A DNA stretch of 32,000 nucleotides from NCBI RefSeq assembly GCF_008065095.1, contig NZ_CP042911.1:630001-662000 (forward strand), read 5' to 3'. Every line of letters begins with the position of its first letter. Position 1 is the first letter of the stretch. The notes under the pieces are model-generated. The model had not been told where the DNA came from and searched no databases. It saw nothing but the letters and a program-made list of their open reading frames with translations. The translations under genes were made by a program, and so were the position numbers. Source of the stretch: Gemmata obscuriglobus. GTDB lineage: Bacteria; Planctomycetota; Planctomycetia; Gemmatales; Gemmataceae. Positions 1 through 8,818 of the stretch are shown piece by piece.

Positions 1-122
1 ACCGAGCCCTTCGGGTACCCGGGGAGAGGTGAATTCACACTGACGGAATTGCACGCGGGTATTATTCTGACTACACCCCCGCCGGCCCGCAACAACTCGC
101 GCCCAGTCCTTGAGGGTACTTC

Positions 123-1118
123 GTGAGTACGGTTCCCGCTTCGAACGCCGCCCCCACCCCGCCCGCCACAGGCCCGGCCGCGCCCGCGGCCCCCGCGGCG
201 AGGGCCCGCAAGCGGCGGGTGTTCTGGTTCGTCGCGGCCATCGTCGCGATGCACCTGCTGGTGCCGCTCGCGTTCCTGCCGTACACATTTGTGTGGTGGG
301 GCATCCCGGTCGTGCTGGTCGGGAACTTCATCTTCGGCTCGCTCGGCATCAATCTCGGCTACCACCGGATGCTGACGCACTCCGCCGCGAAGTTCCCGAA
401 GGCGCTGGAGCGGTTGTGGGTGCTGTGCGGCGTGTGCAGCCTCGAAGGGTCGCCGCTGTGGTGGGTGTGTACGCACCGCATCCACCACCAGCACAGCGAC
501 GACGAGGGCGACCCGCACAGCCCGCGGGAGCACTTTTACTGGGGCCACATGGAGTGGATCTATACCGCCGACGAGCGGCGGCAGAAGCTGGACACCTACG
601 CGCGGTACGTCCCGGACCTGATGGGCGACAAGTTCCTCCGCTGGCTGCACCGCGGCGAGAAGTGGCTGCTCGTGTGGGCGGCGCACGTGGCCGCGCTCGC
701 CGCGCTCGGGTTCGGCGCCGGGTTCCTGTTCTCCGACACGGCCGCGGGGGCGGTGCAGTTCGGGGTGCAGTGGTTCATGTGGGCGGTGGTGGTACGGACG
801 GTGTACGTGTGGCACATCACCTGGCTGGTGAACTCGGCCGCACACCGCTGGGGCTACCGGAGCTACAACACCGGCGACCGCAGCACCAACAACTGGGTCG
901 TGGCGCTGCTCACGAACGGCGAGGGGTGGCACAACAACCACCACGCCGCGCCGCGGGCGTGCTCGCAGGGGCACCGGTGGTGGGAGCTGGACCTCACGTT
1001 CACCTTCGTGCGCGCGCTGCAGCTCGTGGGGCTCGCGTGGAACATTGCCCCGGTGAAGGTGCCCAAACACATCGCCGCCGGGGCGAAGAGTGACACCCCG
1101 GGCGAGCGCGGGGAATGA
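123..1118 (+). CDS. Membrane fatty-acid desaturase, delta-9 (stearoyl-CoA desaturase) type
   Basis: 331-aa ORF with a GTG start 6 nt after GAGGG. Three histidine boxes (HRMLTH, HRIHHQHSD, GEGWHNNHH) and hydrophobic helices typical of the acyl-CoA/acyl-lipid desaturase family. Confidence 0.9.
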   Translation: MSTVPASNAAPTPPATGPAAPAAPAARARKRRVFWFVAAIVAMHLLVPLAFLPYTFVWWGIPVVLVGNFIFGSLGINLGYHRMLTHSAAKFPKALERLWVLCGVCSLEGSPLWWVCTHRIHHQHSDDEGDPHSPREHFYWGHMEWIYTADERRQKLDTYARYVPDLMGDKFLRWLHRGEKWLLVWAAHVAALAALGFGAGFLFSDTAAGAVQFGVQWFMWAVVVRTVYVWHITWLVNSAAHRWGYRSYNTGDRSTNNWVVALLTNGEGWHNNHHAAPRACSQGHRWWELDLTFTFVRALQLVGLAWNIAPVKVPKHIAAGAKSDTPGERGE

Positions 1119-1245
1119 GTCCCGGGGCGCTCGTCGGCGTGCCCGCCGTACCCGCCCGGTGCGTTTTGGCATACCGCGTGCATTATGTGCTTTCGGCATG
1201 GCAACCCCGGCGGTGTCAGCGGGACACCGTCGGAGGCTTGGGCGG

Positions 1246-1290
1246 AACGAGCCGTCGGGGGTGGTCCCCGGCGGCTCGTTTCTTTTTATT
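1246..1290 (+). terminator. Rho-independent terminator downstream of the desaturase gene
   Basis: 15-bp stem (AACGAGCCGTCGGGG / CCCCGGCGGCTCGTT, one G-T pair) with a 5-nt loop GTGGT, followed directly by TCTTTTTATT. Confidence 0.85.
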
Positions 1291-1550
1291 GGCATTTCAA
1301 GCGTTTTCGGCGTGCGGGCCGCGGTCCAAGCTGTGGCCGCCGGGCGCAGCGGGTCTGAGCGGGAGGCGCTCAGACTGGTTGGCGCCCGGTCACCGTAACC
1401 CCACGGCGAACGCGGCTCGGGACACGGCCGCGGAAAAAAATTCTGACCCGCCGGGGCGTCGGACCAGCGCTCCGCGAACCGGTATAACAACCCCTCTCCC
1501 TCCAAATCAGCCCTGGAGCCGCAGCGCCGCGCCAGCGGTCGGAGGTGCGT

Positions 1551-2930
1551 GTGAGTTCGTCGCATACCGTGGTGGTGATCGGCGCCGGGTTCAGCGGCGT
1601 GATGGTCGCGGCGCACCTGCTGCGAACCGCGCGGCTGCGGGTGGTGATGGTGAACCGGTCGGGGGCGATGGCCCGCGGCGTCGCCTACGGCACCAACTCC
1701 CCGTCCCACCTGCTGAACGTTCCGGCCGGGCGCATGTCGGCGCTGCCCAACGATCCCGAACACTTCCTCCGCTTCGTGCGGCAGTCGGACCCCGGCGCAA
1801 GCCCCGGGGCGTTCGTGCGCCGGTCGGTTTACGGCGAGTACCTCCAGCACATCCTGGCCGAGGCCGAGCACGCCGCCGGAGCCGGGGCGCTCGGCCGGGT
1901 CGTGGGCGAAGCGGTTTCGGTTGTACCCGGATTCGACGGCGTGCGGGTCACGACCGCCGCCGGTGAGGAACTTCGGGCGGACCGCGTGGTCCTCGCGATC
2001 GGGCACTACCCGCCCGCGCCGCCGCCCGGCGTTCCGCGGACGTTCCTCGACTCGCAGCGGTACGTCCGCGACCCGTGGGCCGCCGGCGCATTGGCCGCGG
2101 TGCCGCGGGACCAGCCGGCGCTCCTGGTGGGCACCGGGCTGACGGCGGCCGATGTGGCCCTCGACCTGCACGCGGCGGGGCTGCCCGGCGCGATCGCGGT
2201 GTCGCGCCGCGGGCTGCTCCCCCGGCCGCACGATCCGTCCGTTCCGGCCCCGGATTCGTCTCACGTCCCTTCCGGCATGGGAGACGGGCCGCGGTCCCTC
2301 CGGGCTCACGTGCGGGCCGTGCGGCGGTGCGTGCGAGAGGTGACCACGGGCGGCGGAAACTGGCGCCAGGTGATCGACGCGCTCCGGCCGTACACGCCCC
2401 GCCTGTGGCAGTCCCTGGGGACCGCCGACCGGCACCGGTTCTTCCGCCACCTGCGCCCGTACTGGGACGCTCACCGGCACCGGCTCGCGCCGGCCGCCGG
2501 GGCCGCGATCGACGACCTGGTAGCGAGCGGGTGGCTCGCGGTGTGTGCGGGCCGGTTCACGCGGTTCGATGAACACCCCTCCGGTGTCGAGGTGGCCTTC
2601 GCCCCCAAGGGCGGGGGAGCCGAGCGGACGGTTCGAGTCGGCGCCGTTGTCAACTGTACCGGGCCGGCAACGAACGCGCTCGGGGCCGGCGACCCGCTGC
2701 TCGCGGACCTACTGGCCCGCGGCGCCGCACGCCCGGACCCGCTCGGGTTGGGCATCGAGGTCGCGCCGGACGGTGCCGTGGTTGGTGCCGACGGCGCGCC
2801 CTCGTCGGTGCTGTACTACGTCGGCCCGTTCCTCCGGGCGCGCGACGGGGAGGGCACCGCGGTGCCGGAACTACGGGCTCACGCGGCCCGGACCGCCGGG
2901 GCCGTTGCGGCCGGTCTGCCGGTCGCCTGA
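1551..2930 (+). CDS. FAD/NAD(P)-binding protein (FAD-dependent oxidoreductase, NAD_binding_9-like)
   Basis: N-terminal Rossmann motif VVVIGAGFSGV and a second dinucleotide motif LLVGTGLTAADV. GGAGG at 1541-1545 favours the GTG at 1551 over the ORF-track start at 1545. Confidence 0.8.
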   Translation: MSSSHTVVVIGAGFSGVMVAAHLLRTARLRVVMVNRSGAMARGVAYGTNSPSHLLNVPAGRMSALPNDPEHFLRFVRQSDPGASPGAFVRRSVYGEYLQHILAEAEHAAGAGALGRVVGEAVSVVPGFDGVRVTTAAGEELRADRVVLAIGHYPPAPPPGVPRTFLDSQRYVRDPWAAGALAAVPRDQPALLVGTGLTAADVALDLHAAGLPGAIAVSRRGLLPRPHDPSVPAPDSSHVPSGMGDGPRSLRAHVRAVRRCVREVTTGGGNWRQVIDALRPYTPRLWQSLGTADRHRFFRHLRPYWDAHRHRLAPAAGAAIDDLVASGWLAVCAGRFTRFDEHPSGVEVAFAPKGGGAERTVRVGAVVNCTGPATNALGAGDPLLADLLARGAARPDPLGLGIEVAPDGAVVGADGAPSSVLYYVGPFLRARDGEGTAVPELRAHAARTAGAVAAGLPVA

Positions 2931-3165
2931 GTCGCCGGCATTCCGCACGCGGGGCGCGCATTTCGAACAAAGGCGAACCGACACGCACCCACCGCCCGCC
3001 CGCCTCTCGTGCGACCGGCCTTGCCCGGCCGGCGTGCGTTCGGACAATAACAGCGAGCGAACGTCCCCTCAACACTCTCCCCCGTGTGGGAACAGCGGTT
3101 CATCCCTCCGGGCGCTAGGCGTGTGATCCCCGCGCACCATCGGCGTTCACGAGTGCTTGTATCTG

Positions 3166-3633
3166 ATGGAGCTGTCCCGCAACCTCAAGGTGGATAGCGT
3201 GTCTCGGCTCGACCCGGCGCCGCCCCGCTGGGTCGATGCGGACGACACCGTCGCCCGCGCCGTCGAGGAGATGCGCGCCGGCAACGTCGGCTGTCTGCTC
3301 GTCACGGAGCAGGGTCGCGTGGTCGGCATCTTTACCGAACGCGATCTGCTCACCCGCGTCCTCGCGCCCCAAAAGCCGCTCGGCGCCCCCATCCGGCTGT
3401 TCATGACCGCGGCCCCGGTAACGGTGGCGCCGAAGGACTCGGTGCGGACCGTGATCAAGCGGATGCAACGGGGCGGCTACCGGCACCTGCCCGTGGTCGA
3501 CGAGGCCGGCCGCCCGGTGGGCGTGCTGTCGGCGCGCCGGGTGGTTCACTATCTGGTCGAACACTTCCCGGGGCTGGTGTTCAACCTGCCGCCCGAGCCG
3601 GACCGCTACCCTGAAACCCCCGAAGGCGCGTGA
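3166..3633 (+). CDS. CBS domain pair protein
   Basis: Two CBS repeats (VGIFTERDLLTRV; YRHLPVVDEAGRPVGVLSARRVV). ATG at 3166 preferred over the upstream TTG at 3157. Paralog of 7015-7530. Confidence 0.85.
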   Translation: MELSRNLKVDSVSRLDPAPPRWVDADDTVARAVEEMRAGNVGCLLVTEQGRVVGIFTERDLLTRVLAPQKPLGAPIRLFMTAAPVTVAPKDSVRTVIKRMQRGGYRHLPVVDEAGRPVGVLSARRVVHYLVEHFPGLVFNLPPEPDRYPETPEGA

Positions 3634-4615
3634 GCCAAGTCCCCTTGGCACGAATGCGATGAACCCGCTGACCTCGGCGCCGCGGAATCGCCAGTCGCAC
3701 GGCAGTCGCTGAACGGGCTTCGGGAGCCGTCCCAGGCGCGATATGGGGCTCAATTGCCGATCGCGAGCTTTTGCTCTTTGTCGGCGCTTGCCGACCGCAA
3801 ATGATGCGGAAGAAAGATGTTGCGCGGCGATCGTTCGGTACAAACGGCACCGGATCGGGTTGGCATTGGTGTTGACACTTTGAAACAAGACGTGTGATTC
3901 GTGGGTAGCAACCAGCCAGCGAACTGCCAGCGAGCGGGTAGCCGGTTGGTAGCCGATGTCCAGTCCGAGAGACACCGGTGTGCCCGTCGCGGCATTGTAA
4001 CGGGGGGTACAGTACCGCCCATGAGTCGTGTAAACTGGCTCCTCTGTTCGGCGCGTTGAGTACTGGTCTCGCAGGCCGTTCCATCGGGGTGACTTCGTGG
4101 ACAAAGGGCGCATGGGCACTACCGGTGTTTACGAGAGGTTTGGTTTTGAACGAGGGCCGGCACGCCTTCCCTCGCTCGGGCGTGTCAATGCGTGGCCCTA
4201 TTTACCTGATGGCAAGCCGGAGAGTGGCGCCCGCGAGTGGCCAGGCGATGTCCTCAACGATGCTGCAATGGTTCACCTAAAATTAATCCGGATCACACCT
4301 GCTCCGCTCTAGGTTAGACAACACACGAGGTGCCGGCCGAAGCGTCGGCGTCCCATACCGACCGTCGCGATGAAGAAAACCGGATTGAGTGGAGAACGCG
4401 CAGATTGAAGCACCGCCGCCCCCAGCTACATCGCACGTTTCCCGCGAAATCTCGTTCAGTGGCAAGCGAATAGCGGGTGTTCGCACCCTTTCCCTTCAAG
4501 GAGGGGGCGTGCGGAAAAAAAAAAAACGAAACGTTCGCCACAGTGTACATGTAGGCGGGTCTTGAAACGGAATTGCTGTGGCGGCGCGGCCGCCGCGCTC
4601 GGCGGAGGGCGAAAG
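3634..4615. other. About 0.98 kb spacer with no convincing ORF, lower G+C and many local stems
   Basis: Only short ORFs or ORFs overlapping neighbours, with no family motifs and mixed third-position composition. Hand counts of three 60-nt lines give 47-58% GC, against 68% in a purD line. Confidence 0.6.
4515..4526 (+). repeat. Homopolymeric A12 tract
   Basis: GCGG-AAAAAAAAAAAA-CGAAACG read directly. Lies about 90 nt upstream of the ATG at 4616. Confidence 0.95.
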
Positions 4616-5059
4616 ATGTGGTCCGGCCGGTTACTTTATGTGGTCTATGCGTTACTCGGGGGCACCGCGGCCGTGCTCATCGGGTGGGCGTGTGGAATGG
4701 AACGGCCCGGCGCGCCGGTACCAAGCCGTAACTCGACCACGCTCGACAATTCGGTGCCATCGCGAACTGTCCCTCTCCCTCCGCCTTCTGAGTCTGCAAC
4801 TCCGGACCGGATCGGCCAACTCTTGGCCCGACTCCAACCCGGGTTGCCGAGAACAGAGGTCGAGGGCCTGCTCGGCACGGCCGCGGCACGCATTCATCCG
4901 GCTAACGTGCGTGACAACAAGGTGACTTACTTAGCGACGTATGAGATCACCTCTCCGCTGACGGCCGGGGACTCCCGCACGGTCGTGACGGTCGAGTACG
5001 ACGCCGCCAAGCCCGGCCACACGTTACTCAGCGTTCAGGTTGTGCTGTCGGCTTCTTGA
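4616..5059 (+). CDS. Hypothetical membrane-anchored protein (possible SmpA/OmlA-BamE-like C-terminal fold)
   Basis: ATG preceded by GGAGGG. N-terminal TM helix LLYVVYALLGGTAAVLIGWACG. The motif LPRTEVEGLLG resembles BamE-like lipoproteins. Codon usage is less GC3-biased than in neighbouring genes. Confidence 0.55.
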   Translation: MWSGRLLYVVYALLGGTAAVLIGWACGMERPGAPVPSRNSTTLDNSVPSRTVPLPPPSESATPDRIGQLLARLQPGLPRTEVEGLLGTAAARIHPANVRDNKVTYLATYEITSPLTAGDSRTVVTVEYDAAKPGHTLLSVQVVLSAS

Positions 5060-5155
5060 ATGACTGGGTTGAGGACCCACCCGGCCGCCGGCCCGCGCAC
5101 CGCGAGCGGGGCGGAGTAACGGCATCCGTTGATGGCTTATGACGAACTGGCAATC

Positions 5156-5197
5156 AGTACCGTGTCGTGTACCATATACGACACGGTACTAATTTTT
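5156..5197 (+). terminator. Rho-independent terminator for the 4616-5059 gene
   Basis: Perfect 13-bp stem AGTACCGTGTCGT / ACGACACGGTACT with a 9-nt loop, followed by AATTTTT. Confidence 0.7.
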
Positions 5198-5319
5198 GAT
5201 TGATTAGTTTGATGCATGTCGAGGGGTGGCGCCGCATATCGTTGCGATCCAGACCATTCTCGCTGTTCGAGCCGTCCGGCTGTTTATGACTCATGCGGCA
5301 GGGGTGCAGTGATTGTTAC

Positions 5320-5347
5320 GTGTTGCGACCCGAGCGAGTCGCAACAC
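5320..5347 (-). terminator. Hairpin just downstream of the DUF1559-lipoprotein gene pair
   Basis: Perfect 10-bp stem GTGTTGCGAC / GTCGCAACAC with an 8-nt loop, 14 nt beyond the stop at 5361. No clear U-tract. Confidence 0.4.
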
Positions 5348-5360
5348 AAGACCGTCAAAC

Positions 5361-5594
5361 TTAATCACCTTGCTTGAACCCGCCACCGGTTTGGGGAGAG
5401 TCCGTCGCCCCACCGCCGATCCGGTCTTTGTTCGATTTCGCGCCCTTGCCGCGCGGTTCGGCTTTGTTCAGCTCAGGCGGTTGCGCGACCGGCTGAGCTG
5501 GCGGTTGAGCCGGGCCGCTTTTCCCGCAACCGATTGTTGGGACAAGCGTGATAATGCAAACGGCAGATAATGGCAAGCGTCGCAGCAGTTTCAT
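5361..5594 (-). CDS. Small Pro/Gly-rich lipoprotein
   Basis: ATG at 5594 preceded by GGAGG. Signal peptide MKLLRRLPLSAVCIITLVPTIGC has a lipobox Cys. The upstream part of the ORF-track frame overlaps the DUF1559 gene and is not used. Confidence 0.55.
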   Translation of the reverse strand: MKLLRRLPLSAVCIITLVPTIGCGKSGPAQPPAQPVAQPPELNKAEPRGKGAKSNKDRIGGGATDSPQTGGGFKQGD

Positions 5595-5671
5595 TGAGCC
5601 TCCGAGCGAGCGTAAACCGCGAACAAAACGAAAGAGGGACCCGAATGCGTACCGGGTCCCTGGGTTACAAT

Positions 5672-6718
5672 TCAGTAGCTGAGACCGGACATGTCGACCG
5701 TTTGTCCGTCGGCCATGCCGCTCATTTTTTGTAACAACAGCCACTCGTTTGTAGCCGGGTCCCAAGTCGTGGTGCCACTGGTGCGCAGAGACCGCACCGC
5801 GCCATCACCCATGCAAAAATTCACGGTTCCAGTGTGACGACTGGCGAAGCGGAAGACCGTCTGCGTGCTCGCCGTGTTGTTGCTCAAACCGATGAGGGTG
5901 GGAACAGGGAAGATGCTCATCCACTGCCACATCACGACATTGTCATTCCGCGTTGCCCCTTCACCAAACATGAGCGTGTTGCTAGTCCCGTCAGCGATAG
6001 CAACAATCTTGGTTTTCGTCCGGTTCCCGAAGATTCCGCTGAACTGAGCGATGTTCACGTTCGGGCCGAAACTTGAGGACGGATTGCTCGCCCGAGTGCC
6101 GCACGCGCCGCCGACAGGGGCGTAGTTTGTTTTGGCCATGTTGTAATCTGCTGACCAGTACGCATACCCAAAGTTATCGGCGCCGTTCCCGGTGCCCTGT
6201 TGCCAGTACCAATAAGCAATGGTCCGCTGCGGCCGGCTGTCAGTGTCTGATGGGCATGTAAACGTCTTGATTTTCGTCTGGGCCATCGCCCAAGCCGGAT
6301 CGGCTCCCGTTTCCCACCAACCATAAAAGTAGCCTGGCGTCGTCGGGAACGAATCGTTTTCCGACATCTGGGCAGGTATTTGTCGGAAGATGTTGTCCTG
6401 CTCCATGTACGGGAGCATTGCCGTCAGCGCGCTGACACCCGTTTCGTAGTTAGACGTGTAGCCAGATTCACCACTGTTTCGATCCGGGTACGCGCCGAAA
6501 TAGCCCGGGGGCAAATAGCCACGAGCGCTCTCATAATTGTGTGCAGCCAGCCCGATCTGTTTCAGGTTGTTGGAGCACGTCATGCGGGCCGCGGCTTCGC
6601 GCACCTTCTGCACGGCGGGCAGCAGGAGCCCGATGAGGATCGCGATGATCGCGATCACCACTAGCAACTCGATTAGGGTGAAGCCAGGGCGCAAACGCCC
6701 TGAACGAATATGGGTCAT
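5672..6718 (-). CDS. Prepilin-type N-terminal cleavage/methylation domain protein, DUF1559 family with H-X9-DG motif
   Basis: ATG at 6718 preceded by AGGAG. Leader [33 protein letters not shown]-terminal [12 protein letters not shown] fits H-X9-DG. Confidence 0.9.
   Translation of the reverse strand: MTHIRSGRLRPGFTLIELLVVIAIIAILIGLLLPAVQKVREAAARMTCSNNLKQIGLAAHNYESARGYLPPGYFGAYPDRNSGESGYTSNYETGVSALTAMLPYMEQDNIFRQIPAQMSENDSFPTTPGYFYGWWETGADPAWAMAQTKIKTFTCPSDTDSRPQRTIAYWYWQQGTGNGADNFGYAYWSADYNMAKTNYAPVGGACGTRASNPSSSFGPNVNIAQFSGIFGNRTKTKIVAIADGTSNTLMFGEGATRNDNVVMWQWMSIFPVPTLIGLSNNTASTQTVFRFASRHTGTVNFCMGDGAVRSLRTSGTTTWDPATNEWLLLQKMSGMADGQTVDMSGLSY
6541..6682. repeat. Dispersed nucleotide repeat (copy 1) covering the DUF1559 N-terminal coding region
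   Basis: By eye about 85-90% identical to 26290-26433, for example CATGCGGGCCGC..CGCGCACCTTCTGCACGGCGGGCAGCAG. Confidence 0.85.
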
Positions 6719-7014
6719 GGGTACTCCTTGCACGGGCGAAGATCCGAAAAATGAGCACAGTGGCTCAGACCGGCAGGCGAAGCCGGCGGTAGGGATGGAG
6801 AAAAACAAACGCGGCAAAGCGCGTTAAGAAGCTGATGGAGGAAGCTCAAAAGCCGGCGGCAAAAATGCGGTGCGAAATAATGCGAAAGAGCCACCGCGCG
6901 AGTCGTCGACCGAAGTCGCATCACCCCCATCGAAAGAATATTGTTGCAGAGCGGCCGTGGGCGTCAACTGATTTTTTCACGAACCTTGCACAATCGCAGG
7001 AGCCGCACACAAGA

Positions 7015-7530
7015 TTAATTCTCCGGGCATACTTCTGTGACATGGCGCAACAGGTCTCTTACCGAAATAACGCCTACCGGTCGGCCGCCCTCAACGACCG
7101 GTAGGTGCCGGTACGCGCCCGCGTCCATTTTGCCCAGTGCAAACGCAAGTGTGTCAGTTGGAGTGACTGTTTCCGGGGCGAGCGTCATGAACTCGCGGAC
7201 CGGGCGCGCCTCGAACCCCGGCGCCCCGGCCACCTTTGTGAGGAAGTCGCGTTCGGTGAGGATACCTACCAACTCGCCACCCGGACCGGTCACGAGGACC
7301 GCGCCGGTCCGCCCGTCGATCATCCGTCGCACCGCGTCGCCGAGAGTCGCCCCGGCGTCCACGGTGATCGGCGGACGGGGATCGAGCACCGACACCGGCT
7401 CTCGCATGAGGCTGGCCTCGACCGGTCCGTTCGGCGCCGGGGCGTTCAGACGCGTGAGCGGCAACCCGCAGTTGCCGCACGCGTCCGCGCCGAGGGCGTT
7501 CTTGCGGTAGTCGCAGGCGGGGCAGTACAT
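7015..7530 (-). CDS. Zinc-ribbon plus CBS domain pair protein
   Basis: N-terminal CPAC..(13)..CGNC zinc ribbon, then two CBS repeats (VGILTERDFLTKV; YRHLPVVEGGRPVGVISVRDLL). Confidence 0.85.
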   Translation of the reverse strand: MYCPACDYRKNALGADACGNCGLPLTRLNAPAPNGPVEASLMREPVSVLDPRPPITVDAGATLGDAVRRMIDGRTGAVLVTGPGGELVGILTERDFLTKVAGAPGFEARPVREFMTLAPETVTPTDTLAFALGKMDAGAYRHLPVVEGGRPVGVISVRDLLRHVTEVCPEN

Positions 7531-7710
7531 CGTTCCTGGTCGCGGGGCACTCGATGGGCGGGTGTCGCAGCGGCGAAAGGCGTTAAAGTCGAAATACGAA
7601 ACACCGCACCCGCCGCACAGCGCCGTCGCGAAGCCGCGTTGATTCCGCCACCCCGCGACGGTATCCGGCCCAGCCGTTGAGGCCGGGGGGCTTCGTCCGG
7701 GGGAGATGCT

Positions 7711-8154
7711 ATGGGTCGTACAGTTGCCATCGTATTTATCTTAGGGTGCGTGACGAACCTGATGGGGTGCGCGTCCGCCCGGTACGTCTCGAAACAAGGG
7801 GACTCGGGGGTGGTCGCGATCCCCTCCAACACGAACAGCCCCCCGTTCCGTTACCGCCAGGAGGCGGAGGAACTGATGCGGAAGCACGTTGGGCCGGATT
7901 TTGAGATCGTTGACGAGCGCGAAGTCGTCACCGGCTCTCGGGTCATGAACAACCAGGAAACGCAGACCCAGATGACGCCCAACAAGAAGCAGCCGAACAT
8001 GCCGGGCGAGCGGATCAGCACGAACGGCATGGTCACCAGCACGAACACGACCGAATACCAGATCACGTACCGCAAGCGCGGCGCTACCGGAGGCGGGGCG
8101 AGCACGATTCAGCCGGCCGGGGGCACCGTACCGGCCCGCTCGCCCCAGCCGTGA
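7711..8154 (+). CDS. Hypothetical lipoprotein
   Basis: ATG after GGGGGAG. Signal peptide with lipobox NLMGC. No recognisable catalytic motifs. Confidence 0.7.
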   Translation: MGRTVAIVFILGCVTNLMGCASARYVSKQGDSGVVAIPSNTNSPPFRYRQEAEELMRKHVGPDFEIVDEREVVTGSRVMNNQETQTQMTPNKKQPNMPGERISTNGMVTSTNTTEYQITYRKRGATGGGASTIQPAGGTVPARSPQP

Positions 8155-8206
8155 TACTGGGCGCCGCCCGGGCCGTTTCGCGTTATCGCAAGGCTGACAC
8201 CGCATT

Positions 8207-8423
8207 CAGTCATTTTAAGTGTAGCGCAGGCAATTGGTTCGTTCTGCGGAGCGCGGCCGTCCCGGCTGCCTTGCGACGCGCACGAGTACGGCACACGCGT
8301 ACTCGTGTCGCGATACCACCGCGTGACTCAGGTGGGCAAGATGCCCGCGCTCTTCAGAGTAAACGAGAGCACACGCCCGAACTTAAAACCACTGGATTCC
8401 AGTCGTTTTAAGTTGGTGTAGCG
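8207..8423. repeat. Pair of direct repeats CAGTC(A/G)TTTTAAGT..GTAGCG about 190 bp apart
   Basis: Copy A at 8207-8226 and copy B at 8400-8423 (copy B has a 4-nt insertion TGGT). A 10-bp hairpin (8281-8307) lies between them. Confidence 0.6.
8381..8413. other. AT-rich hairpin overlapping repeat copy B
   Basis: ACTTAAAACCACTGG-ATT-CCAGTCGTTTTAAGT: 15 paired positions with one mismatch and a 3-nt loop. Confidence 0.6.
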
Positions 8424-8818
8424 TGATTGTATACAATTCTTTGAATGTATTATGCTCACGGCGTGTAGAAATATTATCACGGTTCGGACGCGACGGTAGA
8501 GTAGGGCCTCTGGGTGCCATTTTGACCGCGTGCACACGTTACACCGGGAGCAGTTCTGGCACCTGGCGCGGGGGCACGCGCATGCCGTGAACGCGGCCGT
8601 CCGCGCGACGCTACCGGGGCCGGCTGCGACCTTTGCGCCTCTGCTCTGCATGTCCCAATTCCTGAACCACGAGTTCGTCACACTGCCGGCGCTCATCGAA
8701 CCGGGTGCGGGAACCGGGGTTGGAGTGGGCGATGGTGACCGATGCCCGCTCCGAGCATAAGCACCCGCACAAACACTTCGTGACGATGATGAATTTGCCC
8801 GAAATCTTGTTGATGCGG

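Noticed and set aside
3115-4119. 334-aa minus-strand ORF spanning the CBS gene and part of the spacer.
   Set aside because: Its C-terminal two-thirds is the antisense shadow of the CBS gene. The remainder has no motifs and non-coding-like composition.
4097-4312. 71-aa ORF containing GVYERFGFERG, reminiscent of the C-terminal YE(K/R)xGF motif of GNAT acetyltransferases.
   Set aside because: There is no upstream motif A (R/Q-x-x-G-x-G/A) in frame, the third-position composition is mixed, and an in-frame stop lies at 4031. The evidence is too weak to call a gene or pseudogene.
3634-4615. Checked the long spacer for tmRNA, RNase P RNA, SRP RNA, 6S RNA and tRNA-like ends.
   Set aside because: I could not find the hallmark strings on either strand, such as GAGGAAAGTCC for RNase P or a GGTTCGA-type T-arm followed by CCA for tmRNA/tRNA. 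This was a manual scan only, so the absence is not proven.
6960-7000. Possible sigma70-like promoter on the minus strand (TTGACG, about 18 nt, CAATAT) upstream of the DUF1559 gene.
   Set aside because: The -10 match is poor, and planctomycete promoter consensus is not well enough known to me to call it from sequence alone.
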